This document shows, piece by piece, positions 17,380 through 26,968 of a DNA stretch of 64,000 nt. Positions within the stretch are counted from its first letter, which is position 1, and every line of letters begins with the position of its first letter. The DNA is taken from contig DMMZ01000027.1 in assembly GCA_003452915.1 (NCBI GenBank), positions 10,273 through 74,272 on the forward strand, read 5' to 3'. The notes beneath the pieces were generated by a model. That model saw only the letters and a program-made list of their open reading frames with translations, did no database searches and was not told the DNA's origin. Origin of the DNA: Clostridiales bacterium (GTDB lineage Bacteria; Bacillota; Clostridia; Oscillospirales; CAG-382). The translations under genes were made by a program, and so were the position numbers.

Positions 17380-19278
17380 ATGTCAACAGTAAGCAACACC
17401 ACTATGAGATTGTCCGGTTTAGCGTCAACGTTAGATACTGAATCAATTGTGCGTGATTTAATGGAAGTGAGCCGAATAAAAGTTGATCAAGTTGGTCAGC
17501 AAAAACAAATACTGGAGTGGAAGCAGGAATTTTATAAAGAAATTGCGACAAAACTATATGAATTTCAAACGAAATTCTATAATAGTTCGTCCTCTTGGAG
17601 TGATGAACTTTCTAAGCTTTCAGCATCCTATAATTCTAATTATATTTCAGTTAATACTTCCTCAAATTCAACAGCGGGTAATATCTATATAGATGACATT
17701 ATAAGTCTTGCTTCATCAACAAAAGTAGTTAGCAGCACGTCAGTCAGCTCTAATCCTTCTATTGAAATAAATACAGACAACCTTAGTGAACTGGTAGGTA
17801 AAAGCATTGTAGTAAATTTAAACGGTATTGAAAAGCTGCTTACCTTTACAGACAGAACATATGCTACCTCTGTGGATGTACAGGGTGAACTTCAATCACT
17901 TATAAACAATTCTTTTGGCAATGGAAAAGCAACCGTCAATCTTTATGGCAATACTATGTCGCTTAATGCAGAAAATAGTACTATAATTCTAAAAACACCA
18001 ACTGATGGCACAGAACCATCATCTGTTTTAACTTTTGACAGTTATTCGTCAAATAGAGTGGATTTCAATGTATCTCTAAGTTCTGCTACATTAGCTTCGC
18101 CTGCTTTAAACGGAAATGATGTTAAATTTACTATCAACGGTAAGCCATTTGAATTTACCTCAGCAAATACACTAAACGATATTATGACAAAAATAAATTC
18201 AAGTAGTGCTGGAGTACAATTGACTTACTCCATACTTACCGATAAATTCACTCTTACTTCTACTGCAACAGGTTCTGCAAATGATATTACTTATACGGAT
18301 ACTGCCGGCACTTTGATGAGTTCTCTTTTTGGAGCAGGTGTTAAAACAAGCGGTACAGATGCTGTTGTAAAACTTAACGCTAATGGTTCTACAAATGCGG
18401 AGGATATGATAACCATAACAAGAAGCACAAATATAATAGATGTTGATGGAACAACCATTACCCTTTTGAGTAAAGCTACGGACGAGTCTTCAGAAAAGAT
18501 AAACATCACACTTAGTCGTGAAAACGAGTCTATAATCAGCAAAATAAAATCTTTTGTTGATGATTATAATAGCTTACTCTCATCAATAACAACAAAACTT
18601 TCCGAAGAACATGAAAAAAATTATACTCCGTTAACCAATACACAAAAAGAAGACATGAGCGAAACTGAAATAGAATTATGGACAAAGAAAGCCAAAATCG
18701 GACTTTTAGCTAATGATACATATTTAAAAGCAATCGCTGCCGAACTTCGCAGCATATTTTATACACAGGTATCTGAACTTGGAGATAGCACCGCATCAAT
18801 TGGTTTAATGTCTGAAATTGGTATTTCAACAACCGTTTATTCTGATAAAGGTAAACTAACAATAGACGAAACAAAGCTAAAAGCTGCCTTAATTAATAAT
18901 TCTGAAAAAGTAATGGCTTTATTTAAACAGAAAAGCGATAAAGCATTTTCATTATATTCGACTGCTGAGGTTCAACAGGAACGTTTTAATGAATCCGGAA
19001 TATTCGATCGATTAGGTGATTTTTTAAGTAAAAACCTTAGTAAAGTCGGTAAAAAAGGTGTTCTAATAAATCTTGTGGGATCTCCAACCGACACTTATAC
19101 GGGAGAAACCGATTATAGCAAACGAATTAGTGCTCTGGAAAATAAAATGGAAGATATGGAAGAATCTTTAGTTGACGAGGAAAATCGTTATTGGAGGCAA
19201 TTTACAGCAATGGAATCAGCGCTGGCAAAACTCAATCAGCAAAGTGCATGGTTATCAAATATGCTAGGCGATAAATAA
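17380..19278 (+). CDS. fliD: Flagellar filament cap protein FliD
   Basis: N-terminus MRLSGLASTLDTESIVRDLMEVSRIKVDQVGQQKQILEWKQEFYKEI and a C-terminal coiled coil (RYWRQFTAMESALAKLNQQSAWLSNML). Confidence 0.9.
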   Translation: MSTVSNTTMRLSGLASTLDTESIVRDLMEVSRIKVDQVGQQKQILEWKQEFYKEIATKLYEFQTKFYNSSSSWSDELSKLSASYNSNYISVNTSSNSTAGNIYIDDIISLASSTKVVSSTSVSSNPSIEINTDNLSELVGKSIVVNLNGIEKLLTFTDRTYATSVDVQGELQSLINNSFGNGKATVNLYGNTMSLNAENSTIILKTPTDGTEPSSVLTFDSYSSNRVDFNVSLSSATLASPALNGNDVKFTINGKPFEFTSANTLNDIMTKINSSSAGVQLTYSILTDKFTLTSTATGSANDITYTDTAGTLMSSLFGAGVKTSGTDAVVKLNANGSTNAEDMITITRSTNIIDVDGTTITLLSKATDESSEKINITLSRENESIISKIKSFVDDYNSLLSSITTKLSEEHEKNYTPLTNTQKEDMSETEIELWTKKAKIGLLANDTYLKAIAAELRSIFYTQVSELGDSTASIGLMSEIGISTTVYSDKGKLTIDETKLKAALINNSEKVMALFKQKSDKAFSLYSTAEVQQERFNESGIFDRLGDFLSKNLSKVGKKGVLINLVGSPTDTYTGETDYSKRISALENKMEDMEESLVDEENRYWRQFTAMESALAKLNQQSAWLSNMLGDK

Positions 19279-19304
19279 ATTATTATAGGAGATTAGGAAT
19301 AAAT

Positions 19305-19685
19305 ATGAATGCACAATACCAAAGATACCAAAAACAGTCTGTCAACGCATTAACTTCAGGTGAACAATTGGTTTTATTATTTGAGCAGGCTTGTGTTAAT
19401 ATCTCAAAGTCTATAAATTTTATAGAAAAGAATGATATTTTCGGTGCTCACAATTCAATAATAAAAACAGAGAATATATTTTATTACCTTATTGATAATC
19501 TTGATTTGACCTATCCAATTTCAGCCAATCTTTTTTCTCTTTATAATTTTATTACCGACAGATTGGTTCAAGCGAATATTAAAAAAGATGCTAAAATTCT
19601 TTACGAAGTTCAAAAGCTTACTTGCGAGCTTCGGGATACTTGGAAAGAAGCGGAATATCTATCACGTAATGGAGCATCTAAATGA
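19305..19685 (+). CDS. fliS: Flagellin-specific chaperone FliS
   Basis: 126 aa: YQKQSVNALTSGEQLVLLFEQACVNI...IFYYLIDNLD, a FliS four-helix-bundle pattern. It lies downstream of fliD. Confidence 0.9.
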   Translation: MNAQYQRYQKQSVNALTSGEQLVLLFEQACVNISKSINFIEKNDIFGAHNSIIKTENIFYYLIDNLDLTYPISANLFSLYNFITDRLVQANIKKDAKILYEVQKLTCELRDTWKEAEYLSRNGASK

Positions 19686-20176
19686 AAAACGCAGATATCC
19701 AACTATTAATAATCCAAGAATTGGAAAAAACTATTGAACAGGAAATTAAACAATTACATTGTTTAAATGTTATTTATACAAGCGCTTTAGAATTTATAGA
19801 AAATAAAAAGTATGATGAATTTTTTGACAAACTTGATGAACAGCAAATTGTTGAAAATGCATTGATAAATACCCAACAGCAAATATCAATTACTGCTGAT
19901 AAATATAAGAATAGAGTTGAAATAGCTACTTTATTAAGTGGAAGTAATTCTTCTTTAAACTTACCTCATTATTTGCGAAAGTTGTCGGATGATGTTTTAA
20001 TTTCCAGAAAGTTATTAAAAAGCTGTAAGCTGCTTAATGAAAAAATTAAATATCATGTCAAAGAAGTACAAACAGAAATACAACAAAAAATGGCTTCTTT
20101 TAAAAACCGCAGATTAATTAAAACGGGATACAGTTCGCTTAATCCATATAAAACAGGTCTGGTTATTGATTGTTAA
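19682..20176 (+). CDS. Hypothetical helical protein in the flagellar late operon (possible FliT/FlgN-like chaperone)
   Basis: 164 aa, helical and charged. It has an ATGA overlap with the fliS stop. The functional guess rests on position only. Confidence 0.55.
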   Translation: MKNADIQLLIIQELEKTIEQEIKQLHCLNVIYTSALEFIENKKYDEFFDKLDEQQIVENALINTQQQISITADKYKNRVEIATLLSGSNSSLNLPHYLRKLSDDVLISRKLLKSCKLLNEKIKYHVKEVQTEIQQKMASFKNRRLIKTGYSSLNPYKTGLVIDC

Positions 20177-20202
20177 TAAAGTAATGTTAGTGGGGTACAT
20201 AT

Positions 20203-21015
20203 ATGGATATAGCAAGTATTATAGGATTAATATCGGGTATAGGCTTTGTAATCTATGGTTATACAATGGACGGTGGTAAAGTAGGATCCTTATGGTTGAT
20301 TAGTGCCGTAGTTATTGTTGCAGGGGGCAGCTTCGGTTCCGTCTGTCTTTCATATGGCATGAATCAATTAAAGAAGTTTCCAAAACTTCTTATCGAAGTT
20401 TACACAAATCCCAAATCAACCGTTAACGATACAATTGAATATTTAATAACTTTATCACAAACAGCAAAGCAGAACGGATTATTAAGTTTAGAAAAAGCTG
20501 TAATGACGGCCGACCCAAAAAAGAAAATTGATCCTTTTTTAAAACGTGGTATATTAAGTGTGGTTGACGGTACCGATCCTGAAAAAATCAATGAAATTAT
20601 GCAAAGTGATATCTATGTTTATGAACAAGATAAACAAATTGCTATATCTATGTTTGATTCACTTGCGGCATTCGCTCCTGCATTCGGTATGATAGGCACG
20701 ATTATCGGAATGATATCAATGCTATCGGCAGGTATGGATAACCCAGATAAATTAACATAAGCAATTGCTGTCGCTTTTATCACAACCCTTTACGGAAGCT
20801 TATTATCAAACTTGGTTTTTATTCCCTCTGCAACTAAGTTACGCGCAAGATTATCGAATTACCGTTTGGAAAAAGAAATGATTATTGAAGCTGTTTGTGC
20901 TATCAGAAACGGTGTTAACCCAAAAATGCTGAGAGAACAATTATCATCCTATTTAATTCTGGATGCAAAATCACCTAAAAAGAAACCGCCCGTTAAAAAA
21001 GGTGAAGTAAAATGA
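20203..21015 (+). pseudogene. motA: Stator protein MotA interrupted by one in-frame TAA (20758-20760)
   Basis: Track ORFs 20203..20760 and 20812..21015 are in the same frame. Read-through gives ...AFAPAFGMIGTIIGMISMLSAGMDNPDKLT*AIAVAFITTLYGSLLSNLVFIPSATKLRAR..., a contiguous MotA/ExbB channel region. Confidence 0.85.
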
Positions 21016-21791
21016 AAAGGAAAACTGGCGAATCTAAAAAGATAGAAGCCGGAGGATGGCTTACTACATACGCAGACCTTATGAACAATCTTCTGGTCTT
21101 TTTTATATTGCTTTATATGATGAGCGTTATGGACCTAGAAAAATTCCAAATGCTTATCAGTAGTTTCAACGCCACATTCAAAGGAGAAACTACTGAAACT
21201 TCGATTGCAGGAGGTCTGAACGGTGATGATGACTTATCATATGAAATATCAATCGACTCTAACTCTGAAAACTCAGAGGATGAAAGTTTGGAGACATCGT
21301 CAGACGAAGATAATATTCTTGATGACCTCGACAAATTTGTCGCAAAAATAACTACTATTATCAAAGAAAAAGGATTTCAAGATCAAATAATAGTGGAAAA
21401 AGTTGATGAGTATGTTTACTTTAGGTTTTCTGAAGGTGTCTTATTTGAACCAAATAAAGCTATCTTAAAGGATGGAAGTTATATAGCTCTAGATTTTATT
21501 GCTGAAATTTTAATTGAAGCATATGATGAGATTTCAAGTATTGAAATAGCAGGGCACACTGCCTGGGTTCCTATCGATGAATTGGATTCCAATTTCTCAT
21601 CCTGGGAGTTATCAGCAGACCGCGCGATGACGGTATTGAAGTTTTTAGTTCAAAATTGCGATCTTGACAAAGAAAAAATGACTGTTATGGGTTTTTCCAG
21701 CACACAACCTTATCGTACCGGAGACACCGAAGAAGATAAACAATTAAACAGAAGAGTAGAAATAAGAATTTCACGTTTAATCGATGATTAA
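21012..21791 (+). CDS. motB: Stator protein MotB (OmpA-like C-domain)
   Basis: N-terminus WLTTYADLMNNLLVFFILLY (TM helix carrying the conserved Asp). C-terminus ELSADRAMTVLKFLV...NRRVEIRI (OmpA/MotB peptidoglycan-binding domain). Confidence 0.92.
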   Translation: MKRKTGESKKIEAGGWLTTYADLMNNLLVFFILLYMMSVMDLEKFQMLISSFNATFKGETTETSIAGGLNGDDDLSYEISIDSNSENSEDESLETSSDEDNILDDLDKFVAKITTIIKEKGFQDQIIVEKVDEYVYFRFSEGVLFEPNKAILKDGSYIALDFIAEILIEAYDEISSIEIAGHTAWVPIDELDSNFSSWELSADRAMTVLKFLVQNCDLDKEKMTVMGFSSTQPYRTGDTEEDKQLNRRVEIRISRLIDD

Positions 21792-21856
21792 AACGTTTCA
21801 AATAATAATAGATTAACATAGTACATCAGAATAAAATTCAATTTTTACAATAATTG

Positions 21857-21905
21857 AAAAGCCCTTAAAAACGCCTGTTAATACAGGATTTTAAAGGGCT
21901 TTTTG
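21857..21905. terminator. Intrinsic terminator after motB
   Basis: AAAAGCCCTTAAAA..(CCTGTtaatACAGG)..TTTTAAAGGGCTTTTT, a long hairpin flanked by A and T runs. Confidence 0.8.
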
Positions 21906-22207
21906 ATTGTAGAAATAGAATTTGAACCCGGGAAACAGAGTCAGTACCATTTATTTAGTTGACAAATACTATCCATCCTGCGCCTATAATCTAAAATCAA
22001 GCATCTTACCTGTATTTATTAACCTGTTACCGATATAAAACTACCAGATAATGAAAAGATATTTTAATATAAAAAATATTATGATACAATGCTTTCAAGA
22101 TAAATTTTTAGATGGGAGATAAAGTTTGAGTAAATTTTCAAGAAGACTAAATTAAAACAGCGTAATTCTCACTTCGAGATAAATATCACAGAAAAGAAAG
22201 GTCATAA

Positions 22208-22293
22208 ATTTGAAAGATAAATCTTTCAAACACGGTTTTGTGCCGTTACGGCACAATTCCTGCTTTCGGCAAGAATGCCGAGGAAAGGTATGG
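22208..22293 (+). repeat. Structured leader element, copy C (minimal form), upstream of the ABC ATPase; candidate cis-regulatory RNA
   Basis: ATTTGAAAGataaatCTTTCAAAC ACGGTTTTGTGCCG-tta-CGGCACAATTCC tgCTTTCGGCAagaaTGCCGAGGAAAGGtATGG. The variable hairpins of copies A, B and D are replaced here by a 3-nt loop. Confidence 0.75.
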
Positions 22294-23213
22294 TTAATTT
22301 GAAGAACATAATTGAAGTCAAGGATTTTGTAAAGAAATACAATAATTTTACAGCAGTTGATAATGTTTCATTTGAGGTAGAGGAAGGAAGTATATTTGCG
22401 TTTTTAGGTCCAAACGGTGCAGGAAAAAGTACAACAATAAATACATTATGCACTATTTTCGATAAAACTTCAGGTTCCTTGTTTATTGATGGAAAAGATG
22501 TCACGCACGAAAAAGATGCTGTCAGAAATATTATTGGGGTTGTATTTCAAGAACCAACTTTGGATAATAAAATGACCGTTAATGAAAATCTGATTATGCA
22601 CTGTCATTTCTATGGAATATCTAAAAATGAAGCTACTGAACGTATTCAATTTGCTTTAAATTTAGTGGATTTGTTGGATTGGAAAAAAGCTATGGTAAGC
22701 AGTCTGTCCGGCGGTATGAAACGCCGTGTTGAAATAGCAAGATCATTGTTACATTATCCAAAAGTATTGTTTCTGGATGAGCCGACCACCGGTCTTGACC
22801 CACAAACTAGAGCACATATTTGGGATTATATTGTTAAATTGCAAAAGGAAAAAAACATTACTATATTTTTAACTACACATTATATGGACGAGGCTGAGAT
22901 TTGTGGCAAGGTAGCGATAATGGATACCGGTAAAATCGTTGCGCTAGACACTCCTTATCGTTTGAAACAACAATATACCAAGGATAAAGCTTATATAACC
23001 ACGAAGGATGAGCAAGGGTTGATATCATTGTTGGATAAAGGTAATTATAGTTACAAGCAGAAACCTGGTTATTTTTCAATTGAAGTTGACGATATTCCAA
23101 AGCTTATGGAGTTATTAAGCGAACAGAAGTCGGTAATTACTGATTTGGAAATTAAAAAAGGCACTCTCAATGATGTGTTCTTAGAAATCACAGGAAAAGA
23201 TATACGAAAATAA
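22290..23213 (+). CDS. ABC transporter ATP-binding protein (ABC-2/DrrA-like)
   Basis: Walker A GPNGAGKST, signature LSGGMKRRVEIA, Walker B VLFLDEPTTGLD. The start is set at ATG 22290 (MVNLKNIIEVKDF). The earlier ATG at 22275 lies inside the repeat. Confidence 0.93.
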   Translation: MVNLKNIIEVKDFVKKYNNFTAVDNVSFEVEEGSIFAFLGPNGAGKSTTINTLCTIFDKTSGSLFIDGKDVTHEKDAVRNIIGVVFQEPTLDNKMTVNENLIMHCHFYGISKNEATERIQFALNLVDLLDWKKAMVSSLSGGMKRRVEIARSLLHYPKVLFLDEPTTGLDPQTRAHIWDYIVKLQKEKNITIFLTTHYMDEAEICGKVAIMDTGKIVALDTPYRLKQQYTKDKAYITTKDEQGLISLLDKGNYSYKQKPGYFSIEVDDIPKLMELLSEQKSVITDLEIKKGTLNDVFLEITGKDIRK

Positions 23214-23250
23214 ATCTGAAAGACTTTCGGCGTATCGCCAAGGAAAGGGA
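23214..23250 (+). repeat. Leader element fragment, copy F (3' hairpin-SD module only), ATPase-permease junction
   Basis: TCTGAAAGA CTTTCGGCGtatCGCCAAGGAAAGGG. It shows the same CTTTC..GAAAG hairpin running into the SD as copies B and C. Confidence 0.45.
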
Positions 23251-23261
23251 TAATTTTACAT

Positions 23262-24098
23262 ATGGATATAGTATTAGCTCTATGGTATAGAAATATAAAA
23301 ATTTTTACACGTAATCGTGTTCAGCTTAGTTTCACGATTATAATGCCGTTTTTCTTCTTGTATGTGTTCAGCGCAATATTTAAAAACGACAACATTTTAA
23401 ATCCGGTCAATTATATGCTTGCCGGTATTGTGATAACAACAGTTTTTCAAACATCACTTAGTATTGCAACCAGTACAATTGAAGATATTGTTTCGGGTTT
23501 TATGAAGGAAGTGTTGGTTAGTCCTGTTAAGCGTATTCAAATTGCCGCCGGTCAATTATTGTCAGCAGCAACAATAGCAACCTTACAGGGAATTATAATT
23601 TTATTTATCGGTTATTTTATAGGACTTAAATTTACATCCATTATTACACCTTTTGCAGTAATAGGCGTGATGATTGTTGTCGGACTTGTATTTTCAGGGT
23701 TAGGGTTGTATATAGCAGCATTGGTCAAGAATTCGCAAACGTTTCAAATTGTTATTATGGCTATTACAATGCCATTGACATTTCTATGCGGTGCATATAT
23801 ACCGCTCTCGTTGTTACCGAATGTACTACAATATATCGCTTACTTTAACCCTATGACTTACACAACAGCATTTTTTAGAACAATTATATTAGAGAAAACC
23901 ACTTTAACAACCGATCAACTGATAGCAGAGCAGCTTGCTTTTAAAATAGGGAATTTTGTAATAACACCCGCAATCAGTATGTTTATTGTAATCGTTTTTG
24001 GATTCGTATTTTTATTATTATCAACATATGTTTTCTCAAAGGTTGATTTTTCTCGGATTAACCGTTCAAAAAGTAAAGAAGGAGATATCTGGAGTTAG
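23262..24098 (+). CDS. ABC-2 type transporter permease
   Basis: 278 aa with about 6 TM helices, immediately downstream of the ATPase. Confidence 0.85.
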   Translation: MDIVLALWYRNIKIFTRNRVQLSFTIIMPFFFLYVFSAIFKNDNILNPVNYMLAGIVITTVFQTSLSIATSTIEDIVSGFMKEVLVSPVKRIQIAAGQLLSAATIATLQGIIILFIGYFIGLKFTSIITPFAVIGVMIVVGLVFSGLGLYIAALVKNSQTFQIVIMAITMPLTFLCGAYIPLSLLPNVLQYIAYFNPMTYTTAFFRTIILEKTTLTTDQLIAEQLAFKIGNFVITPAISMFIVIVFGFVFLLLSTYVFSKVDFSRINRSKSKEGDIWS

Positions 24099-24249
24099 TT
24101 ATATAACATAAAATTGCATTTCACCAATTATTTTTAACCTCTTACCCGTATTATGCAACCTGTTGTCAAATAGTACTTTATTTATTATGAAGAATACGTT
24201 ATAATAGTAACATAAGCAATATAAGTTTATAATATAAGGTGGTGATACG

Positions 24250-24714
24250 GTGAAGATAAAAATTGAGATTGTAGATGATTTGAACGAGGATGAGGTGTTA
24301 ATCCGCTGTGGCCGCGTGGATAATACAATTCAAAAGATACATCAATATATTTTAGAACAATCCTTATTGAGCTCAAAAATTATATTCTACAAGCAAAATC
24401 AGGAATTCTACTTTCCTTTAGATGATGTTTTATTCTTCGAAACCGAAGGTGAACAAATATATGCACATACAATAAATGATACTTACCGTATTAAATACCG
24501 TTTATATGAATTAGAAGAAATACTTCCTAAGCATTTTGTCAGAGCAGCAAAAGCAACAATAGTTAACATATTGCAAGTGTATTCTATTACTCGTAATATC
24601 ACCGCTTCAAGTCTAATACAGTTTATAGGTAGTCATAAACAAGTATACGTGTCAAGACATTATTATAATAATCTTAGGCAACGTATAAACGAAAGGAGTT
24701 ATTATGAAAAATAA
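24250..24714 (+). CDS. LytTR-domain DNA-binding protein
   Basis: YFPLDDVLFFETEGEQIYAHTINDTYRIKYRLYELEEILPKHFVRAAKATIVNI is the LytTR pattern. GTG start after AAGGTGGTG. Confidence 0.85.
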   Translation: MKIKIEIVDDLNEDEVLIRCGRVDNTIQKIHQYILEQSLLSSKIIFYKQNQEFYFPLDDVLFFETEGEQIYAHTINDTYRIKYRLYELEEILPKHFVRAAKATIVNILQVYSITRNITASSLIQFIGSHKQVYVSRHYYNNLRQRINERSYYEK

Positions 24715-25408
24715 AAATTGGTTTTGGGGATTTTTCTTTTTATTAGCAGCAGTATTTGTTGTAGCAAGTCAAACAGATTCATTTGGTGAAATAGGATTTT
24801 TAAGTATTATAGCCACAATATTACTCGTATCACTTTTTATTCATAGTTTGATTAAATTAAATTTTTTCGGAGTATTTTTACCATTAGCGTTTCTTTATAT
24901 GATTTATTGGCAACCGCTTGATCTAATCGAAATATCAAATTGGGTTTTAATATTAACGAGTATTTTGATCAGCATTAGTTTTAGCATTCTCTTTAATGTT
25001 CATCCAAAGAAGGTAGAGCATTGGCATTGTGGTAACAAAAACTTCAACCAGACAACCGAAAATATTGATGATAATAATCCTCAAACAAAAGTATCTTTTG
25101 GTGCGTCCAGCAAGTATCTGCACGCTGATTGTTTGAAAAGTGGGCAGTTTACTGTTTCCTTCGGTGCTCTTGAAGTGTTTTTTGACCAAGCACAGCTAAG
25201 CCCCGACGGAGCTGAAATATTTCTTGATTGTAGCTTTGGTTCCATAACGTTGTATGTTCCAAAGCACTGGAAGGTAAAAGAAAGTATAAATGCGAGTCTT
25301 GGAGGGGTAGAAAATAACATGCGTCATTCCCAACCTACCGAAAACGCACCTGTTTTAACCCTTAAAGGCAATGTTCGACTAGGCGGAATTGAAATAAAGT
25401 ATATATAA
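24704..25408 (+). CDS. Membrane protein with LiaF-like C-terminal domain
   Basis: TM helices in the N-terminal half. The C-terminal repeated beta-type segment (VSFGALEVFF...SFGSITLYVP...GNVRLGGIEIKYI) resembles LiaF/YvqF-type (DUF2154-like) domains. This is from memory. Confidence 0.7.
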   Translation: MKNKNWFWGFFFLLAAVFVVASQTDSFGEIGFLSIIATILLVSLFIHSLIKLNFFGVFLPLAFLYMIYWQPLDLIEISNWVLILTSILISISFSILFNVHPKKVEHWHCGNKNFNQTTENIDDNNPQTKVSFGASSKYLHADCLKSGQFTVSFGALEVFFDQAQLSPDGAEIFLDCSFGSITLYVPKHWKVKESINASLGGVENNMRHSQPTENAPVLTLKGNVRLGGIEIKYI

Positions 25409-25428
25409 ATATTCGACGATATAAACAA

Positions 25429-25470
25429 CACCGCAGCGGTTTTTCATAACCGCTGCGGTTCGCTTTTCTT
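25429..25470. terminator. Bidirectional intrinsic terminator between convergent genes
   Basis: CACCGCAGCGGtttttcataaCCGCTGCGGTtcgcTTTTCTT. Confidence 0.75.
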
Positions 25471-25477
25471 AGTTATA

Positions 25478-26935
25478 TTATGGTAGCGTTATTTCCGTTA
25501 ATTCCGATTCGTTGCCGCTGAAGTCATAAACGGAAATATAATATTTACCAGCTTTTTCTGCTTTATATGTTTTTTGTATAACGCTGTTTTTTTCTTTGCC
25601 TATCTCAACAGTTGCAATAAGGCGAGTTTTTGTTTCGTCAAAAACACGGAAGCCGCATATGTCTTTATTGTCGATTGCATCCCATGTAATAGTCAGACCA
25701 TTTGCAGTTAAAACAGGTTTGCTTGGGGATTCAGTTTCCAATTTCCCGTTTTGTACATAATACACATAGGACTTGTTATATCCAGGATTTCTTTGCAGAG
25801 GTGAATAATAATGGTTCCAGGAGAAGCAAATATTCGCTTCTGCGTATTTTGATGTAACATTGATTTGCTTGTTCACAAATTCATTAATGGTCGCAACACT
25901 ACCTCCCTCACGGAAGTTTTCATTATTTGCCCAAAGAATCAGCCCTGGCTTTGCATCAGCTGCCGCTTTGTAGTTTACCCACCATTTATCAAGGTCTAAA
26001 CTGGGATTTCCGCCGAACGAATCCTGCGGACTGAAAATATCGCCTTCCCGGAATTCTGTCAGTTTAAATATATCCTTCCACATTTTTCCGCACTCATCCG
26101 GCGTGGACAATGTAGGATTTATAAACGGGCTTAACATCATTGGCATTCCCGGTGTGATTTGATTAAAATAACGAAGGTAAAGATTAAAACTGTTAGATAA
26201 TAATTTTGCATAAACACCGCCATCTGTACCCTTGCATGCTATGTCTATATTCCAAATCTCGTTATTATAATACCAACAATAAATCTGATCCTTGTAATCA
26301 TTGCCATACTTCTGGTAAATTTCATCTGCAATTTTATTGCTGATATCCGCATTTTCTTCTATAAACTTAGCAAAATAACTATTTGTTATAATATCTGTAG
26401 AACCATCCGGCATTTTCGGGAGCCCCCACCCGTAAAGCCACCAACGATTATCGCTGACAAGGCCTATAATAACTTGAATACCTGTTTTTTTACAAGCTTC
26501 CAGACATTTTTTAAGTGCATCATTGCCTGTGTTTGCCGACTTTAATTCAAGCAGGTCAGAAGGGTATAAAGAATTCACTCCTGTTGTAACATATGTATCC
26601 GGATTCTGACCTAATTGGGTGTCCGTATTATAAGTTAAATCAACAACCGATTGCAAAATTATGTATTTCATACCGGCATCAGCCATGTTCTGGCATTCTG
26701 TATCCCAACGAGTTTGTGACCAATTTCTAACCAACCAGGATTGAATGAAGGATCCGCAAAGAGTCCTCACCTCGGGTAATGATGGAGCATCTGACGTTGT
26801 TTCCGAATTGGTATCGGAAGATGAAGAAGATTCATCTGTGTTGATTTTTGCGTTACAACCAGTAAGGAAAATAGAAATACATGATAAGATTGCCGCCATC
26901 ATTTTGACTCGTTTTTTGATAATTCTATCTTTCAT
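25478..26935 (-). CDS. Lipoprotein, glycoside-hydrolase-like (DUF4434-like by memory) with C-terminal Ig/Fn3-like domain
   Basis: Lipobox ILSCISIFLTGC and an S/T-rich linker. The start is set at ATG 26935 (MKDRII), 8 nt after AGGTGA. The functional label is tentative. Confidence 0.6.
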   Translation of the reverse strand: MKDRIIKKRVKMMAAILSCISIFLTGCNAKINTDESSSSSDTNSETTSDAPSLPEVRTLCGSFIQSWLVRNWSQTRWDTECQNMADAGMKYIILQSVVDLTYNTDTQLGQNPDTYVTTGVNSLYPSDLLELKSANTGNDALKKCLEACKKTGIQVIIGLVSDNRWWLYGWGLPKMPDGSTDIITNSYFAKFIEENADISNKIADEIYQKYGNDYKDQIYCWYYNNEIWNIDIACKGTDGGVYAKLLSNSFNLYLRYFNQITPGMPMMLSPFINPTLSTPDECGKMWKDIFKLTEFREGDIFSPQDSFGGNPSLDLDKWWVNYKAAADAKPGLILWANNENFREGGSVATINEFVNKQINVTSKYAEANICFSWNHYYSPLQRNPGYNKSYVYYVQNGKLETESPSKPVLTANGLTITWDAIDNKDICGFRVFDETKTRLIATVEIGKEKNSVIQKTYKAEKAGKYYISVYDFSGNESELTEITLP

Positions 26936-26968
26936 TATTACGGTCACCTGCTTCGAATAATATAATAA

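Noticed and set aside
20758-20760. The TAA in motA as a recoded sense codon or an alternative genetic code.
   Set aside because: Genes throughout the window terminate normally at TAA, for example flhB, fliR and fliD. No recoding signal is evident, so a nonsense mutation or base-call error is simpler.
21906-21960. A tRNA-like fragment (GAATTTGAACCCGGG, resembling a T-arm) after the motB terminator.
   Set aside because: No complementary T-stem arm or acceptor stem can be drawn. The resemblance is limited to about 10 nt.
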